Virus record (IMG/VR): IMGVR_UViG_3300020044_004715
Coordinates: 1 to 38,383 of that record
Direction: 5' to 3' (one strand)
Origin: a virus
Lineage: Duplodnaviria > Caudoviricetes
Length of the DNA: 38,383 bases
A program made the position numbers and the translations under genes. Shown here piece after piece: positions 35,341 to 38,383 of this stretch. Position 1 is the stretch's first letter. Every line of letters starts with the position of its first letter. The notes under the pieces are model-generated. The model was not told the DNA's origin and ran no database searches. It worked only from the letters and a program-made list of their open reading frames with translations.

Positions 35341-36151
35341 TTGCTGCTCCTTGTTTGATGGCCGCGCCGCGCGCTTGCACGGCCTTGGCAAAGGTGGCGT
35401 ATCCGTCCTTGTCACGCGCGGCCTGGAATACCTTCACGCCTTCCTGCATGGTCTTGCGCAGGGTTGCTTCGTCTGGCGCTGCAGCGGCGCGTGAGCACCA
35501 GTCATCCCGGACCAGCTGCATTTGCGCCTCTCGCTCGTCCTCAGCCAAGTGCCGCACCAACTCGGCGTCAAGGTCTTCCAAGTCCTGGCTGAACATGTCA
35601 GACGCTGCGGTGACGTTGAGCACCATGGCAATCTTTGCCCGCTTGCAGGCCATCTTCAGGACCGTGTTTGCAAGGTCTGCAGACTCCGTGCGGACTTGCT
35701 GCACCGTGTAGTGCCCGCCCTGCTTGCGCCCAAACTTCAGGCGGCGGTGAGTCTCCGGGGTGGCGTTGAATTCCTCCGCGCACACCGCCTTGCGCCAGCG
35801 GTACTTTTCCTCGTCGCTGGAGCACTCGCCAAGGCCAGAACCCAGCGCCGCGCCAGAGGTTTGGTGTTCGCCCACGCAGTTCACGCGATAGCGGATTGCG
35901 CCGTCACGCGAAAGGTCTGTGACCTCGTAGCGGTCGGCAATGCGGAAGGTCATGCACAGCACCTCGGCCCCGGACTTCAGCAGCGTAGGTTTGTCGCCTG
36001 CCCCCGGTATGGCCCCGTAGTGCACATTCGGCTTCATCACAGCTTGCATGACCTGTTGCACGGTCTTGGCATGCGCGACGACTTCAGCAGTGGGGTTCGC
36101 GCTTCGTGCGAGAACCATGCTGGCTGTTTCAACTTCAACGACAGCGTTCAT
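35333..36151 (-). CDS. Putative single-strand annealing/recombination protein
   Basis: HYGAIPG..KPTLLKSGAEVL, GLGECSS.E and NTVLKMACKRA...FSQDLED. Overlaps the exonuclease gene in a Red-like pairing. Confidence 0.6.
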   Translation of the reverse strand: MNAVVEVETASMVLARSANPTAEVVAHAKTVQQVMQAVMKPNVHYGAIPGAGDKPTLLKSGAEVLCMTFRIADRYEVTDLSRDGAIRYRVNCVGEHQTSGAALGSGLGECSSDEEKYRWRKAVCAEEFNATPETHRRLKFGRKQGGHYTVQQVRTESADLANTVLKMACKRAKIAMVLNVTAASDMFSQDLEDLDAELVRHLAEDEREAQMQLVRDDWCSRAAAAPDEATLRKTMQEGVKVFQAARDKDGYATFAKAVQARGAAIKQGAANA

Positions 36152-36160
36152 GGTCTTCTT

Positions 36161-37231
36161 TCAATAGGAGATGGACACAGCCGGGACGGCCTTCTTGGCG
36201 ATCAGGGTGATGACCGTCTTTGCGTCGGCTTCGGATATCCCGCCAGCTACCAGGGCCTCCAGCGCGGCCCGGTTCACTGCGGTCTTGTGCGCCTTATCGC
36301 GCTCGCGGCGCTCGGCTTCCTTGGCGTCTGATGCAGCCTGGGCAGCCACTCGGCGCTGTTCTTCGGCCACGGCTTCGGCTGCCTTGCGTTCGGCGTCTGC
36401 TTTGGCCTGTGCCTCGCGCTGCTGGGCCTCGGCCTTCTCGCGCTCTGCACGCTCGGCTTGCAGCTTCAGCTCCAGCTCACGGCGTTCTGCTGCAGCGGCT
36501 GCGTCGGCCTCGCGCTTGATTGCGGCTTCGCGTTCGGCCTGGGCCTTGACTTCTGCTTCGCGTTGGGCGCGCTCTGCAGCCTCGCGGGCAATGCGTTCCT
36601 CGCGTTCCTTCCGTTCACGGGCGGCGGCCTCGGCGCGCAGCTTGGCGAGTTCGGCCTGTTCGGCTTCGTGCTTCTCGCGCGCGGCAAGGGCGGCGGCCAG
36701 CGACTCCACCGCCTTCGCTTTTGCGCGGTGGGCCTCGGCCTCGTACTCTTCGAGGTGCTCGCCGATGGCAATAGCCTCCAGCGCCTCAACACGCTGCTTG
36801 AGCGTTGCGGCGTCCACGCCATCGAAGCCCTGGCCAAAGAACTGGATGCGGGTGATGCAGGACTGATGCTCTGCCTTGCGCGCTTCCTCGGCCTCTTCCC
36901 AAGCGGTGAGTGGCGCCCGAACTTCGTCTTTCCACAGGTCCAGCAGATCGCGCATGCGCTTGCGCTCGGCATCGATCTTCTTGGGCACATCCTTGAGCTC
37001 GGCCACCAGGTCTTTGCCGATGTTGTCCAGCGCCGTCTTGCCCTTAGCCACCTTGTAGGCAATCGAGGCGATGGCGTCGCGCCCCTTTTTGGTGGACACG
37101 TCGGGCGTGAAGGCGTCCAGCTCTTCCTTGATCTTCGCAAGGTACGGGTCCAGGCCTTGGGGCGCTGAGTAAACCTGCAGCGCCGTTTCCTTGGGCGGCA
37201 GGGCGATAAGGTCGGTTGTGACTGCGCTCAT
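36161..37231 (-). CDS. Phage coiled-coil protein upstream of the recombination genes
   Basis: PDVSTKKGRDAIASIAYKVAK.KT.LD..GK.LV..LK..PKKIDAERKR, a long E/A/R coil and terminal VPAVSISY. Confidence 0.85.
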   Translation of the reverse strand: MSAVTTDLIALPPKETALQVYSAPQGLDPYLAKIKEELDAFTPDVSTKKGRDAIASIAYKVAKGKTALDNIGKDLVAELKDVPKKIDAERKRMRDLLDLWKDEVRAPLTAWEEAEEARKAEHQSCITRIQFFGQGFDGVDAATLKQRVEALEAIAIGEHLEEYEAEAHRAKAKAVESLAAALAAREKHEAEQAELAKLRAEAAARERKEREERIAREAAERAQREAEVKAQAEREAAIKREADAAAAAERRELELKLQAERAEREKAEAQQREAQAKADAERKAAEAVAEEQRRVAAQAASDAKEAERRERDKAHKTAVNRAALEALVAGGISEADAKTVITLIAKKAVPAVSISY

Positions 37232-37238
37232 GGCTTCC

Positions 37239-37361
37239 TCAAATGAATGGATACAGCAGCCCGGCCACAAAGCCGCCCACTGCAAAGATGGAAATTGAAA
37301 CCGTGGCCCAAAACAGCAGGCTTTCGCCTGGGGTCAGGTCGATATCGTCGGGGTCGGTCAT
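37239..37361 (-). CDS. Small single-TM protein (40 aa)
   Basis: Translated by hand: MTDPDDIDLTPGESLLFWATVSISIFAVGGFVAGLLYPFI. GAGGAG RBS and ATGA overlap. Confidence 0.7.
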   Translation of the reverse strand: MTDPDDIDLTPGESLLFWATVSISIFAVGGFVAGLLYPFI

Positions 37362-37549
37362 GGTGTTTGCTCCTCAATGTGGAATGTCCAAAACCGCGCT
37401 TGCGGGACAGCTTGCGGATGCAAAAGAGACAGCCACACAGTTGAGCTACACCCGTCTAGCGGGATGCAATCTCCGTCTGAAAATGTGACCATCACCCGCT
37501 TGCCATCTGCCATCGCGCGCAGGTATTCGGCGTTTGGGTGGGGGGTCAT
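37358..37549 (-). CDS. Hypothetical protein (63 aa)
   Basis: Starts MTPHPNAEYLRAMADG, GGAG RBS, coupled. Confidence 0.7.
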   Translation of the reverse strand: MTPHPNAEYLRAMADGKRVMVTFSDGDCIPLDGCSSTVWLSLLHPQAVPQARFWTFHIEEQTP

Positions 37550-37830
37550 GGCTGGCACTTCTCCGCGACTGGATGCCCTGGGCAGCCGCCGTTCTTTCCG
37601 AAGTCGAAACCTATGCACAACGGGCTGTTTTTGCACGGCTTCCCGCAGCCCTTGTTCATAGGCATGCACTCGTGGCCCTTGGCAAGTTCGTCCATCAGAC
37701 CGTCTATGGCCTCCAGGCGGGTCATGGGCCGCCCGTTGTCAGTGAATGCGCTTTTCTTTGCCCGGCTACGCTGCAGGTTGTTCAGCGCTCCGCGAACGTC
37801 TAGGTGAAGGCAGTAACTTGTTGCTGTCAT
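37546..37830 (-). CDS. Cys-rich hypothetical protein (94 aa)
   Basis: CLHLDVRGAL...LMDELAKG...C..FDF...GCPGH, coupled. Confidence 0.75.
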   Translation of the reverse strand: MTATSYCLHLDVRGALNNLQRSRAKKSAFTDNGRPMTRLEAIDGLMDELAKGHECMPMNKGCGKPCKNSPLCIGFDFGKNGGCPGHPVAEKCQP

Positions 37831-38117
37831 GGCTGCCCCGCAACAATCTGCGCAGCCACCCGTGCGCTTGGGGGATTGGCAAGGCCGCGCCATGAGCCAT
37901 AGAAGTGGTAGTAATTCGGTATTCCGCCGAGACTTCTCGCCGCAAGTGCATCAGCAGGCGTTGTCCGCCCAACACCCCATCCATCGCCGCAAACATCAAA
38001 ATAGGCGTATAGCGTTGCCGAATATGGTCCGTTGCGCGGACCAACTTCATATACGCCGCTGCGCACCGGTCCAATGCCATTAACAAACCAAGGCGTAAGT
38101 TCCAGGTCTTTGTTCAT
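37827..38117 (-). CDS. Hypothetical phage protein (96 aa)
   Basis: LTPWF....PVRSGVYE...WRGLA, ATGA-coupled. Confidence 0.75.
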   Translation of the reverse strand: MNKDLELTPWFVNGIGPVRSGVYEVGPRNGPYSATLYAYFDVCGDGWGVGRTTPADALAARSLGGIPNYYHFYGSWRGLANPPSARVAAQIVAGQP

Positions 38118-38350
38118 CTCTGATACCCCGCTACGTATTGCGCTGCAGTGCTTGCGCGCTGTTTCTGCTCTGCTGTCCACAGCTCGGGGCGCTCTGCCTG
38201 GGCCTGCGCTAGTGCATCGTTCAGGCTGGCCTCGGTGGCCTGCTCTGCGTCTACGTCGCTCGGCCCGTCCAGCAAATGGCTGCTGCTGAGCACAAGCGCC
38301 ACAAGTCCAGCGCCTGCCCAGAATTTGAGGTTTTCGAGTGGGGGGATCAT
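38114..38350 (-). CDS. Small protein with N-terminal hydrophobic segment (78 aa)
   Basis: FWAGAGLVALVLSSSHLLDGPSD, AAGGAG RBS. Confidence 0.7.
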   Translation of the reverse strand: MIPPLENLKFWAGAGLVALVLSSSHLLDGPSDVDAEQATEASLNDALAQAQAERPELWTAEQKQRASTAAQYVAGYQR

Positions 38351-38383
38351 TGGGGTTCTCCTTTCGCCTTTGCCAGGGCTGCG

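Larger units (their letters stand above)
1..38383. mobile_element. Tailed phage/prophage genome segment (podovirus-type morphogenesis genes plus lambdoid-style early recombination operon)
   Basis: Ordered terS-terL-portal-scaffold-capsid-adaptor-nozzle-fibre-ejection-lysis genes on +, converging with exonuclease/annealing/small genes on -. No tape-measure or sheath gene and no host housekeeping genes. Confidence 0.97.

Noticed and set aside
36171-37168. Several long alternative-frame ORFs over the coiled-coil gene, and a tempting 'TolA' label for that gene
   Set aside because: The alternative frames are low-complexity shadows. The E/A/K/R-rich similarity to TolA is compositional, and there is no N-terminal TM anchor.
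1-38383. CRISPR arrays, tRNA genes, integrase, IS elements, alternative genetic code
   Set aside because: I saw no regularly spaced repeats, cloverleafs or recombinase/transposase motifs by eye. Genes are full-length and tightly coupled under the standard code.

Overview
The window is a near-continuous stretch of a tailed dsDNA phage or prophage genome with podovirus-type virion genes. The host is probably a betaproteobacterium (Comamonadaceae-like), inferred from one short palindromic repeat. The plus strand (1-29306) carries small late-region ORFs, a PD-(D/E)XK nuclease, TerS, TerL, portal, scaffold, an N4-gp56-like major capsid protein, two paralogous capsid-accessory proteins, adaptor, nozzle, tail fibre, a polyglycine adhesin-like protein, ejection proteins with a GNAT gene, a 2520-aa polyvalent virion protein and a lysis cassette (membrane-anchored lysozyme, holin, spanins). 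The minus strand (29396-38383) is a tightly coupled early-type operon: a coiled-coil protein, a probable annealing protein, a YqaJ/lambda-type exonuclease, an HTH protein, many small mosaic genes, and a secreted G/S/N/Q-rich protein at its end. I saw no integrase, tRNA, CRISPR array or reverse transcriptase. The most notable items are (1) the giant protein with two tandem HExxH peptidase-like domains, a low-GC ADP-ribosyltransferase-like cassette and a third HExxH domain, (2) the secreted low-complexity protein, and (3) an integrase-free operon junction containing a perfect 11-bp inverted repeat. All family assignments come from motif recognition by eye, not from database searches.
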